A DNA stretch of 62,745 nt from Bacteroidales bacterium (GTDB lineage Bacteria > Bacteroidota > Bacteroidia > Bacteroidales > JAUNSR01), in the NCBI GenBank assembly GCA_036655755.1, contig JAVVPN010000005.1, positions 1-62,745 on the forward strand. The letters run 5' to 3'. Under the pieces are notes generated by a model that was not told the DNA's origin, searched no databases, and was given only the letters and a program-made list of their open reading frames with translations. This document shows, piece after piece, positions 39,413 to 48,687 of the stretch. The position numbers and the translations under genes are program-made. Numbering within the stretch: the first letter of the stretch is position 1; each line of letters opens with the position of its first letter.

Positions 39413-41368
39413 TTATGATATCCGGATTTTCTGTGTCCTCACCTGCCCCTCAATTACCGCTTTCACAATATAAATACCGGGGGCCAAACGTAATGCCGTG
39501 ATATTGGCTGGCTTCTCTGATTGAGCAACCAACTTACCCGGCAAATCATAAACCGTTACCGACCCGACTCCTACTGCATCTGTAAATACAATCCGGTTGT
39601 CATGAACGAAACAGAAAGGACGGTCGGTTGCTTTAGCCGGGCCACAAAGTCCGCTACCTACATTCGCATACGTAAATTTAGGAGCAATGGCAAACGAGGT
39701 AAGTTCATCTTCATTCTTCACCCAACTGGTCTTTCCGGTAGGCTGATCATTCTCATCCCACTCTTCCAATAAATGATAAACGGTCGATTTACTTCCTTTT
39801 GCCCGTACCGGAACCGCCGCAATGGCGATATCGTCCGCCTCGTAAGTAACATCATCCATGTTATTCGGAATACCGGCCACACTTACAAAGAATGAATCGG
39901 CAATGGCAATTTCATTTGCGAATTTAAACACGGTAGGCACCCATGTTTCGGAAGAATGTTGCAGATCTTTCACTTTTACCACACTGCTTCCCAATACTTT
40001 ACCCGGCAATCCGGAGGCCGGCTCATGGATCGACACCGTAATATCCGTTTCGGCCGAAACATGGGTAACCTTATCGAAGAATATCGAAACCTCAGAGATT
40101 GTTCCCTTAGCTAACGGAGCGTGAAATACTTCAGCAAAAGCATTCATACCCAACCAGTTGCTCCCGCCGTAATTTCCAAACCAACCCAAAGCGAGAGTAG
40201 TCAGCTTTTGAGCTTCAGCAATCTCGACATTCCATATTTCGAGCGACTCACCCACCTGAACATAATTCGATAAGGCAATCTCATCGGTACCCTGCTTATT
40301 CGTAACCGAAAGAGAAATATCATACACTCCGTTTTCAGGATATGTCACTTGTGGATGTTGCTGAGTAGAGACCGGAGTATTCGAGCCGGCAAGAGTCCAT
40401 TTCCATGCAGTTGGCTGATACAAAGAAGCATCCGTAAAAGTAACCGGTACGTTTGCAGGAATAAAAATACCTGCGTAAGGCGACAGGTAAGCTCCGGCAG
40501 GAAACTGAATTTGCGCTTTCGGGGCCATTCCTTTGACGATCACATAAGCGTCTTTGGTTATTTCGCCCACTTCGCCCTGCGCATTGGTCACTTTCAGCGA
40601 TACGGCATAGCTGCCCGCCTCTTTATAGCAAATTACCGGATTGGCTTCGGAAGAAGTAGCCGGAACACCTCCCGGGAAATTCCACTCCCAAGTCACCGCT
40701 CCGTCAGAAGCATCCATAAAATGCACCATACCACCCTCTTGAATCATCGCTTCATTTCCTCCACGCTGCAGAATCTTAAAATCATCTACCAAAACATCAT
40801 CTCCACCCACTCCTTTATAGTTAAAATGAAACTTAACGTTCTGTCCTGCAAGCCCGGTTAAATCGAGGTTGAAATAGAGCCATTTCGGACGCTCATGCCC
40901 GTTTTCGGCCGACCAGTTTCCTGCATCAAAAATCTCCGTCATCGTTCCTGTAGCCGTATTTTCGGCAAGAATCTTAAACCGGGCCCCGATCGCTCCCGTA
41001 TAAACCCCATCGAAACAGGCATAAAAACTACAAGAAGCCCCTGCTTCGATAGCAACCCCCGGAGTAATCACAGATTCATCCTGAAAAGTTTTGTCGTCAT
41101 AATAAATGGCAAGACTATAGGTACTTTGAGGGTTGATTTCATTAAACGAAGGAACACCGGCCTTTTTCGGATTACCCAGCTTCCAGGTACTCTGGCTGTT
41201 CGTTACTTTTTTTGTCCATGACGGAAAATCGGTATTGTCAAACTGTTCCTCAAACAATGTTTTCGTACTTTCCTTTGCATTGAAACCGGCGTTAAGCGCT
41301 CCGAATCCGGCAAAAGGAATCAGCAGAAAAACAGAAAGAAAAAGAAAAGAAGTAGTCATTTTTCCCAT
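39413..41368 (-). CDS. T9SS-secreted PKD-domain surface protein with an adhesin-like beta-sandwich
   Basis: Signal peptide; two PKD repeats (WEWNFPGGVPATSSEANP..Y...GSYAVSLKVTN); C-terminal VYDLPGKLV..LAPGIYIVK...TQKIRI type A CTD. Confidence 0.85.
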   Translation of the reverse strand: MGKMTTSFLFLSVFLLIPFAGFGALNAGFNAKESTKTLFEEQFDNTDFPSWTKKVTNSQSTWKLGNPKKAGVPSFNEINPQSTYSLAIYYDDKTFQDESVITPGVAIEAGASCSFYACFDGVYTGAIGARFKILAENTATGTMTEIFDAGNWSAENGHERPKWLYFNLDLTGLAGQNVKFHFNYKGVGGDDVLVDDFKILQRGGNEAMIQEGGMVHFMDASDGAVTWEWNFPGGVPATSSEANPVICYKEAGSYAVSLKVTNAQGEVGEITKDAYVIVKGMAPKAQIQFPAGAYLSPYAGIFIPANVPVTFTDASLYQPTAWKWTLAGSNTPVSTQQHPQVTYPENGVYDISLSVTNKQGTDEIALSNYVQVGESLEIWNVEIAEAQKLTTLALGWFGNYGGSNWLGMNAFAEVFHAPLAKGTISEVSIFFDKVTHVSAETDITVSIHEPASGLPGKVLGSSVVKVKDLQHSSETWVPTVFKFANEIAIADSFFVSVAGIPNNMDDVTYEADDIAIAAVPVRAKGSKSTVYHLLEEWDENDQPTGKTSWVKNEDELTSFAIAPKFTYANVGSGLCGPAKATDRPFCFVHDNRIVFTDAVGVGSVTVYDLPGKLVAQSEKPANITALRLAPGIYIVKAVIEGQVRTQKIRIS

Positions 41369-41423
41369 AATTCAATGTATCAATTTAAAAGTTTAAAACG
41401 CATATTAAATATAAAATTACAAA

Positions 41424-41468
41424 AAAAGATGACTTTAAGTTTTTATTATAAACCAAAAGTCATCTTTT
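41424..41468. terminator. Hairpin downstream of the 119-aa gene
   Basis: 13-bp stem AAAAGATGACTTT/AAAGTCATCTTTT. Confidence 0.55.
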
Positions 41469-41499
41469 AAGCTCGTTTATTTTCAAACACTTATATCAA

Positions 41500-41859
41500 T
41501 TAATCCAGCAACACATAAATTGTATAAGGATGTTCTTCCCGACTCTTATCTGTACGGGCTCTCCGGATTACAGCAATGTATTTGTATTTTGACAAATCGT
41601 AATCCTGTGCCTTAAATTTATTGTAGACTTCCGCCGTATCCGGATTTTCGGGAGCAGCAGTCATTACTACCATATCAATATCGTCAGATCCATTCACATC
41701 ATTAGCCAGCGCCTTATAAGCTCCTTCGCTAAAAACCGGATCCATAACCGAGTAATTACCCTCCTCATCTTTGGTTATAGCTGCCAGAGGCGTGTCTATC
41801 TGATGTTCTAAAAGAGAAACGATTGCCTTTTTTTTCTGATCAAGATTCATCGTATCCAT
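41500..41859 (-). CDS. Hypothetical acidic protein
   Basis: 119-aa ORF filling an otherwise empty region, with an AT-rich upstream sequence and a downstream hairpin. No motif recognised. Confidence 0.7.
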   Translation of the reverse strand: MDTMNLDQKKKAIVSLLEHQIDTPLAAITKDEEGNYSVMDPVFSEGAYKALANDVNGSDDIDMVVMTAAPENPDTAEVYNKFKAQDYDLSKYKYIAVIRRARTDKSREEHPYTIYVLLD

Positions 41860-41946
41860 AATTGAAAATGTTTTAAATTACTCTGTCTAAACACCTGAAC
41901 AGGAAAATTGGTTGCTTCTTTGTCTAAGAATTCGGTTTAGGTTCGT

Positions 41947-41962
41947 TAAATTTGTAGCTTTG
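41947..41962 (+). promoter_or_regulatory. Tandem -7 elements upstream of GH2
   Basis: TAAATTTG directly followed by TAGCTTTG. Confidence 0.5.
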
Positions 41963-42059
41963 AGATTCATTCGAAAGCTGCGAAATAAAAAATATCCATC
42001 GCATTCTTATGTCTTTCTGATAAGTGCTAAGAAATCCACTCTAAAATCTACTATTACGC

Positions 42060-44717
42060 ATGATGAAGTTATCTTTATTACCATTACTAACACTATCTCT
42101 TACCGTATCCGCCCAAAACCAGCCGGAATTTTCAACGGCCGGATTCTTTGAAGTGAATAATTCGGGCAGGGCCGCCTACTCGATGAATCCTGCCTGGAAA
42201 TTATACAAAGGGGCATTACCGAATGCACAGGCTATCAATTGCGACGACAGCAACTGGCAAGTAGTTTCACTACCCGACGGTATCGAATACCTGCCCACCG
42301 AAGCAAGTGGCTGTATCAACTACCAGGGAGAAGTATGGTATCGTAAGCATTTTACTCCCGACAGCGCCTTGAAAGGGAAAAAACTGTTTCTTCATTTTGA
42401 GGCCATTATGGGCAAATCAAAGATTTTCGTCAATGGCAAATTATTAAAAGAACATTTCGGAGGGTATCTGCCGGCCGTAGTCGATATTACCGATGTCATC
42501 GACTGGAATAACGAAAATGTGATTGCCGTATGGGCCGACAATAGCGACGATCCAAACTATGCGCCCGGAAAACCGCAAGACGTACTCGATTTTTCTTACT
42601 TCGGCGGAATTTACCGCGACTGTTGGCTGGTTGCTCACAATGACGTGTATATTACCGATCCCAACTTCGAAAACGAGAAAGCCGGCGGTGGCGTCTTTGT
42701 AGCTTACAACCATGTATCAGAAAAGGCAGCAGACGTTTTATTGAAAACACATCTACGCAATAACTCGAAAGGGTCATTCAAAGGAAATATTGAATACGAA
42801 CTCCAAACACCCGATGGCAAGCCGGTGGCATCTATTAAAGAAGCAATTCGAATTCCTGCCGGTAAAAGCATCTCAAAAAAATCACAAACAACTGTTTCCA
42901 ACCCCAATTTATGGAGTCCTGATCATCCCCATTTATACAACCTTTTTGTACGTGTGTACGATGAAAAAGGAAATATTGTCGACGGCTACAGAAAACGGAT
43001 TGGTATCCGTAGCATCGAATTCAAAGGAGAAGACGGTTTCTGGCTCAATGGGCGCCCTTATGAAAAACCATTGATCGGTGCCAACCGCCATCAGGATTTC
43101 GCAGTGGTAGGCAATGCAGTTTCAAACAATATTCACTGGCGCGATGCGAAAAAACTACGTGACGCAGGTTTAAAAGTGGTACGTAATGCCCATTGTCCGC
43201 AAGATCCCGCGTTTATGGACGCATGCGACGAACTCGGACTTTTCGTTATTGTAAACACTCCCGGATGGCAATTCTGGAATGACGCTCCGATTTTCGGACA
43301 ACGGGTGTATCAGGATATCAGAAACATGGTGCGCAGAGACCGAAACCATGCATCGGTATGGTTGTGGGAACCTATTCTGAATGAAACATGGTATCCGGCT
43401 GATTTTGCAAAAAACACCCGTGATATTGTGGATGAAGAGTATCCATATCCATACTGTTATTCGGGTTGCGATTCGGAAGCGCGCGGACATGAATACTTCC
43501 CGGTACTTTTCACGCATCCGTCAAATGCGGATACAGATTTCGCACTAAAGCATGCTGATAAGAGTAAAACTTATTTTACCCGCGAATGGGGTGATAACGT
43601 AGACGACTGGAGTTCGCACAATTCCCCGAGTCGCGTAGCCCGCAACTGGGGTGAACAACCGATGCTTGTGCAGGCCCGGCATTATGCCAATCCGCCTTAT
43701 CCTTATACAAGTTATAATGCGCTTTATGAAACCAACCGTCAGCATGTTGGGGGATGCCTGTGGCACTCGTTCGATCACCAGCGCGGTTATCATCCGGATC
43801 CTTTCTACGGAGGACTGATGGATGTGTTCCGTCAACCGAAATACGCTTATTATATGTTTCAGGCGCAACGTGATGCCCGGAAAACCGATTTAATCGCAGA
43901 AACCGGCCCGATGGTTTTCATTGCGCATGAGATGACTCCTTTTTCAAATGCAAACGTAGAGGTATATTCTAATTGCGATGAAGTGCGCCTTTCGATAAAT
44001 AAGGATGGGAAAACCTTCTCATATACCAAACCGGCTAAAGCATCCGGTATCCCATCTCCGATTATCACATTCGAGAATGTATTTGATTTTATGGTTGATA
44101 AAAAGCTATCGTATGCCAACAGACAAAATGAAGTATTTATGCTGGCAGAAGGGTTGATTGATGGTAAAGTGGTAGCTACTCACGAAGTACGCCCGGCCCG
44201 TCGTCCCGAAAAAGTAGTTTTATGGGTCGATAATGAGAATACCGACCTGATTGCAGACGGTTCTGATTTTGTTACAGTGGTAGCCGGTATTGCCGACAAA
44301 AGTGGAAATATAAAACGGTTGAACAACTATTTCGTTCGCTTTGCGGTTGAAGGTGAAGGCCGTATATTGGGCGATTCATCGGTATTTGCCAATCCTGCGC
44401 CCGTAAAATGGGGGACTGCTCCCGTGCTGATTCAGTCGACCACAACGCCAGGGCAGATTAAGGTGGCCGCCATGGTGCTTTTTGAAGGTTCACAAATGCC
44501 GGTAAGTGCCGAGCTGATTCTTGAGAGCAAACCGACGCAGCAGAAACTGGTTTATAAAAAAGAGGACCTTGATAAAATCAATCAGAAAACCGCAGCCGTG
44601 AGCAACCGTGCTTTGTCTAATGACAAACTGGAGATTGAACGACTACGTCAGGAGCTGAATACACTCAAACTAAAAGAGGTAGAGCGCCAACAGGCTGAAT
44701 TCGGCGAAGCTAAATAA
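42060..44717 (+). CDS. GH2 glycoside hydrolase (beta-galactosidase-like) with DUF4982/Ig domains
   Basis: Signal peptide; WYRKHF, FGGIYRD, GANRHQ, RNAHCP, ILNE, REWGD. Confidence 0.9.
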   Translation: MMKLSLLPLLTLSLTVSAQNQPEFSTAGFFEVNNSGRAAYSMNPAWKLYKGALPNAQAINCDDSNWQVVSLPDGIEYLPTEASGCINYQGEVWYRKHFTPDSALKGKKLFLHFEAIMGKSKIFVNGKLLKEHFGGYLPAVVDITDVIDWNNENVIAVWADNSDDPNYAPGKPQDVLDFSYFGGIYRDCWLVAHNDVYITDPNFENEKAGGGVFVAYNHVSEKAADVLLKTHLRNNSKGSFKGNIEYELQTPDGKPVASIKEAIRIPAGKSISKKSQTTVSNPNLWSPDHPHLYNLFVRVYDEKGNIVDGYRKRIGIRSIEFKGEDGFWLNGRPYEKPLIGANRHQDFAVVGNAVSNNIHWRDAKKLRDAGLKVVRNAHCPQDPAFMDACDELGLFVIVNTPGWQFWNDAPIFGQRVYQDIRNMVRRDRNHASVWLWEPILNETWYPADFAKNTRDIVDEEYPYPYCYSGCDSEARGHEYFPVLFTHPSNADTDFALKHADKSKTYFTREWGDNVDDWSSHNSPSRVARNWGEQPMLVQARHYANPPYPYTSYNALYETNRQHVGGCLWHSFDHQRGYHPDPFYGGLMDVFRQPKYAYYMFQAQRDARKTDLIAETGPMVFIAHEMTPFSNANVEVYSNCDEVRLSINKDGKTFSYTKPAKASGIPSPIITFENVFDFMVDKKLSYANRQNEVFMLAEGLIDGKVVATHEVRPARRPEKVVLWVDNENTDLIADGSDFVTVVAGIADKSGNIKRLNNYFVRFAVEGEGRILGDSSVFANPAPVKWGTAPVLIQSTTTPGQIKVAAMVLFEGSQMPVSAELILESKPTQQKLVYKKEDLDKINQKTAAVSNRALSNDKLEIERLRQELNTLKLKEVERQQAEFGEAK

Positions 44718-44748
44718 AAGCTGAAAGATAAATTTAGCCTATAAAAAC

Positions 44749-44790
44749 AAGACCCTCAGAAAGATGATATCGTATCTTTCTGAGGGTCTT
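44749..44790. terminator. Bidirectional terminator between GH2 and SPFH
   Basis: 17-bp perfect stem AAGACCCTCAGAAAGAT/ATCTTTCTGAGGGTCTT. Confidence 0.8.
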
Positions 44791-44829
44791 CTGTTTCTAC
44801 GCCGAAAAAATATTTTCGTAGCGGATCTT

Positions 44830-45636
44830 TTATTTTGTCAGACTTTGCATCATCTTAGGCACCTCGCCATAAACAGGCAGCTTGCCGTCCCATTTTTCAA
44901 TAAACATCTGCTGTATGATCAGTGGCGTAAGTGCCGACGATTTCATATCGTTCTCATATTTTTCCGTTTCAGCCTTGATACGGCGGATACGCGCATCGGC
45001 CTCAGCCTGACGCACTTTGTTTTCCGCCTGCATCGCTTCCTGGATAGTCCGGTTTTTGGCATCGATGGCATCCTTTAGCGATTGCGGAGGAATAATATTA
45101 GAGGTAAGTTGCTGATAAATAAAGCCCTCTTTTCGTAACGTTTCCTGCAAGCGGGTCTGCACCTCTTCCTCAAAAATACCACGGTTGCTCATCAGTGAAT
45201 CCGATGTGAAGCTATTAGCTGTCAAACGATAGCAATCGTACACTACGTTTTTAAGATACCCGTTTTCAAGCTCTTTAAGGCTTTTACGGTATTGACGGAA
45301 AATGCTCGGCACGGCATTCTGATCAACGTAATAACTCAACGTTGGGTCTACGGTAAATTCCGAACCGTCTTTGGCATTCACACGGAACACATCGTAATCT
45401 TTTACCTGCGTATAGATTGGAAATTCGTAAATAGCGGTAAACAATGGCATGTAAACAACCCAGCCGGTCACTTCGGTGATATCATCCACCCCTTTATTAT
45501 CCCCGACCAAATTTACACGGATACCGGTATGTCCCGCATCGATACGCTCCATCCGGCAGAAAAAACCTAATACTACAACTCCGGCAATAATCAATACTAC
45601 CAGGATAGCAAGACGTAATACATTCGTTAACTTCAT
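44830..45636 (-). CDS. SPFH / band 7 (prohibitin-like) membrane protein
   Basis: N-terminal TM helix; RIDAGHTGIRVN, VNAKDGSEFTVDPTLSY, PQSLKDAIDAK coiled coil, IEKWDGKLP. Confidence 0.9.
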   Translation of the reverse strand: MKLTNVLRLAILVVLIIAGVVVLGFFCRMERIDAGHTGIRVNLVGDNKGVDDITEVTGWVVYMPLFTAIYEFPIYTQVKDYDVFRVNAKDGSEFTVDPTLSYYVDQNAVPSIFRQYRKSLKELENGYLKNVVYDCYRLTANSFTSDSLMSNRGIFEEEVQTRLQETLRKEGFIYQQLTSNIIPPQSLKDAIDAKNRTIQEAMQAENKVRQAEADARIRRIKAETEKYENDMKSSALTPLIIQQMFIEKWDGKLPVYGEVPKMMQSLTK

Positions 45637-45809
45637 AAATTAAATATTAATCAGACCCTTCCCGAAATCGCGGTAAAAGTCTGTTTGTGATGAATCATTG
45701 TTAAAACATTTGTTATGCAAAGTAAATATTTTTTGATGAATAACCCATCCCGTTAGGCTTTTGCTATTATTTTTGTGAATAAACCGAATATATTTTCAAT
45801 TTACTTATC

Positions 45810-46475
45810 ATGAACAAGTTTACACTATTACTCTGTGGCATCGCATTGTGCTGTCAGCTTTCTGCTCAAAAAGACTGGGCGAACTTTAAGCGTTATGAAA
45901 GTTCAAATAAAACAATCACCGCCCCTGTAAAAGCGGTTTTCATGGGCAATTCGATTACGGAAGGATGGTATCGCCAGGATTCATCGTTCTTCCTCAATAA
46001 TCATTTTGCAGGTAGAGGCATCAGCGGACAAACCTCTTCTGAGATGCTCGTACGCTTCCGCCGCGACGTTATCGACCTTCATCCGCAAGCAGTGGTAATC
46101 CTTGCCGGAACAAACGATATCGCTCAAAACAACGGATACATTTCGCTCGAAAATGTAATGGGAAATATCAAGTCGATGTGCCAGCTGGCCAAAGCCAATA
46201 ACATCAAGGTCGTGCTTTGTTCAGTATTGCCCGCCTATGAATTCCCGTGGCGTAAGGAGCTCAAGCCGGCCGAAGAGGTCAAAAAGCTCAATGCCATGAT
46301 TGCCCAATACGCCAAAGAAAATAAAATTCCCTATGTCGATTATTATTCGGCACTTGTAGATAGCCGCGGAGGTATTCCCGCCAAATACGCAGCCGACGGC
46401 ATCCATCCAAATATGGATGCCTATAAAATTATGGAAGGACTGGTTATGAAACCGCTCCGTAAAATTACCCGATAA
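45810..46475 (+). CDS. SGNH/GDSL esterase (sialate/carbohydrate O-acetylesterase-like)
   Basis: Signal peptide; blocks FMGNSIT, RGISGQT, AGTNDI, DGIHP. Confidence 0.9.
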   Translation: MNKFTLLLCGIALCCQLSAQKDWANFKRYESSNKTITAPVKAVFMGNSITEGWYRQDSSFFLNNHFAGRGISGQTSSEMLVRFRRDVIDLHPQAVVILAGTNDIAQNNGYISLENVMGNIKSMCQLAKANNIKVVLCSVLPAYEFPWRKELKPAEEVKKLNAMIAQYAKENKIPYVDYYSALVDSRGGIPAKYAADGIHPNMDAYKIMEGLVMKPLRKITR

Positions 46476-46499
46476 CTCATCTCTAAACCCAATTCATCA

Positions 46500-48542
46500 A
46501 TGATGACTTTAAATGTCAAATGCTTATTAAGTAGTGCTTTACTAACACTGGCTGCGGCGGCCTTCGCTCAAAGGGAATCGAAAAGCCTCAACGAAAACTG
46601 GAACTTCCGGTTTTCGCATCAGGTTCAGAAAAATCAGACACAACGGGTAGATCTGCCCCATACTTGGAATGCGCAGGACGCTCTGAGCGGACAGTGGGAT
46701 TATAAACGGGGAATCGGCAACTATACCCGAAAAATGTTTGTCGATTCTGCATGGCAGGGGAAACGCCTGTATCTCCGGTTTGAGGGTGCCAATACCATTA
46801 CAAACCTGTTTGTTAATGAAAAACATGTGGGTGAGCATCGGGGCGGCTATGGCGCTTTTATTTTCGAAATCACGGATTTGGTAAAATACGGAACCGAAAA
46901 TACACTATTGGTACGCGTAAACAATGCCGAACAACTCGATGTAATGCCGCTTGTGGGCGACTTCAACTTCTATGGAGGCATCTATCGCAATGTATCGTTG
47001 CTCATTACGGAGCAAGTTTGCATTTCTCCTTTGGATTACGCTTCGCCGGGAGTTTACCTGCAACAGAAACAGGTATCCGATCAGAAGGCATTGGTAAACA
47101 CCCGTGTCATCTTATCCAACAATAGCGGACAACCCCGATCGGTTGTACTTAAATTAGCGGTAAACGATCAGAAAAAAACGGTAACCGAACTTAAAAAAAC
47201 AATTGATATTCCGGCCCAAACGCTTTATTATCCGGCCGATATCGAGTTTGAAATACAGAAACCCCGGTTGTGGAACGGCAAGCAGGATCCTTTTATGTAC
47301 GAGGTGGTTACCGAATTATCCGATGCCAATAAAATGCTCGATCGCGTGACGCAGCCTTTGGGATTGCGCTATTATCATGTAGATGCGGATAAAGGATTTT
47401 TCCTCAATGGCAAACCGTTAAGACTGCAGGGGGTATGCCGCCACCAGGATCGCGCCGAAGTGGGAAATGCCCTTCATAAAATGCATCATGAGGACGATGC
47501 GCTGCTGATGGATCAGATGGGCGTAAATGCGGTCCGCTTAGCGCATTATCCACAAGATACTTATATGTACGACCTCATGGATAAGTACGGCATCGTCACA
47601 TGGGCCGAAATTCCGTTTGTAGGCCCGGGAGGCTATGCCGACAAAGGCTTTGTGAATCAGCAAAGTTTTTGCGACAACGGCAAAGAACAGTTGAAAGAAT
47701 TGATCCGCCAACATTATAATCACCCCTCGATCTGTTTCTGGGGGCTGTTTAATGAGCTGAAAGAGGAGGGCGACAATCCGGTGGAATACATCAAAGAGCT
47801 AAATCAGCTGGCGCATCAGGAAGACCCTTACCGCCCTACCACTTCGGCGAGCAACCAAGGGGGTGCTCTTAATTTCATAACAGATTTAATCGCCTGGAAC
47901 CGATATGACGGATGGTACGGTGCTACTCCGCAGACATTGGCCGACTGGCTCGACGAAACCCACGCGAAGCATCCGTCTTTAAAGATCGGCTTGAGTGAAT
48001 ACGGGGCCGGAGCCAGTATCTACCACCAGCAAGACACATTGATTCAACCTGCGCCCAACAGTTGGTGGCATCCCGAAAACTGGCAGACCTACTATCACAT
48101 AAAGAACTGGGAGATCATTGCCGCTCGTCCCTATATCTGGGGTACTTTCGTATGGAATATGTTTGATTTCGGAGCCGCACACCGTACCGAAGGTGATCGC
48201 CCGGGAGTAAATGACAAAGGATTGGTTTCTTATGACCGCCGTCATAAGAAAGACGCTTTCTATTTTTATAAAGCAAACTGGAATAAGGAACCGATGGTGC
48301 ATATTGCCGAAAAAAGAGCAGACAAACGTACCGACAGAGTAAACGATATTGCCGTGTTTTCTAATTGCAAAACCGTTACCCTCGTGATTAACGGGAAAAA
48401 AGTAAAAACTGGGCAACCCGATGAACTGTGCATGACTGTTTTTAAAGATATGCAACTCCAGCCGGGGGCAAATCACATTGAGATACAGGGTGTCGCCGGG
48501 AAAGAAAGACTGACCGACTCATGTGTCTGGATTATTGAATAA
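46500..48542 (+). CDS. GH2 beta-glucuronidase (Bacteroides GUS-like)
   Basis: GVCRHQD, RLAHYP, GLFNE (acid/base), SEYGAG (nucleophile), and the GUS N-x-K-G motif in GVNDKGL. Confidence 0.82.
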   Translation: MMTLNVKCLLSSALLTLAAAAFAQRESKSLNENWNFRFSHQVQKNQTQRVDLPHTWNAQDALSGQWDYKRGIGNYTRKMFVDSAWQGKRLYLRFEGANTITNLFVNEKHVGEHRGGYGAFIFEITDLVKYGTENTLLVRVNNAEQLDVMPLVGDFNFYGGIYRNVSLLITEQVCISPLDYASPGVYLQQKQVSDQKALVNTRVILSNNSGQPRSVVLKLAVNDQKKTVTELKKTIDIPAQTLYYPADIEFEIQKPRLWNGKQDPFMYEVVTELSDANKMLDRVTQPLGLRYYHVDADKGFFLNGKPLRLQGVCRHQDRAEVGNALHKMHHEDDALLMDQMGVNAVRLAHYPQDTYMYDLMDKYGIVTWAEIPFVGPGGYADKGFVNQQSFCDNGKEQLKELIRQHYNHPSICFWGLFNELKEEGDNPVEYIKELNQLAHQEDPYRPTTSASNQGGALNFITDLIAWNRYDGWYGATPQTLADWLDETHAKHPSLKIGLSEYGAGASIYHQQDTLIQPAPNSWWHPENWQTYYHIKNWEIIAARPYIWGTFVWNMFDFGAAHRTEGDRPGVNDKGLVSYDRRHKKDAFYFYKANWNKEPMVHIAEKRADKRTDRVNDIAVFSNCKTVTLVINGKKVKTGQPDELCMTVFKDMQLQPGANHIEIQGVAGKERLTDSCVWIIE

Positions 48543-48582
48543 ACGAATATAAATCTAAAATATCCTTACTTTTAGGGATATC

Positions 48583-48627
48583 ACGGAGTGCTTTTCCTAA
48601 TTTTTAGGGATAGCACTCCGTTTTTTT
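48583..48627 (+). terminator. Intrinsic terminator after GUS
   Basis: Stem ACGGAGTGCT/AGCACTCCGT with inner TCCTAA/TTAGGG pairing, followed by a T-run. Confidence 0.8.
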
Positions 48628-48633
48628 ATCCTG

Positions 48634-48654
48634 TAATTTTGCATCATTCTAAAT
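48634..48654 (+). promoter_or_regulatory. -7 promoter element overlapped by a putative Fur box
   Basis: TAATTTTG at 48634-48641. ATTTTGCATCATTCTAAAT at 48636-48654 matches 16/19 positions of ATTTAGAATTATTCTAAAT, a Bacteroidota Fur consensus recalled from memory and to be verified. Confidence 0.55.
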
Positions 48655-48687
48655 AACATACAATTAGAGGTGATCAGGATAGTAAAG

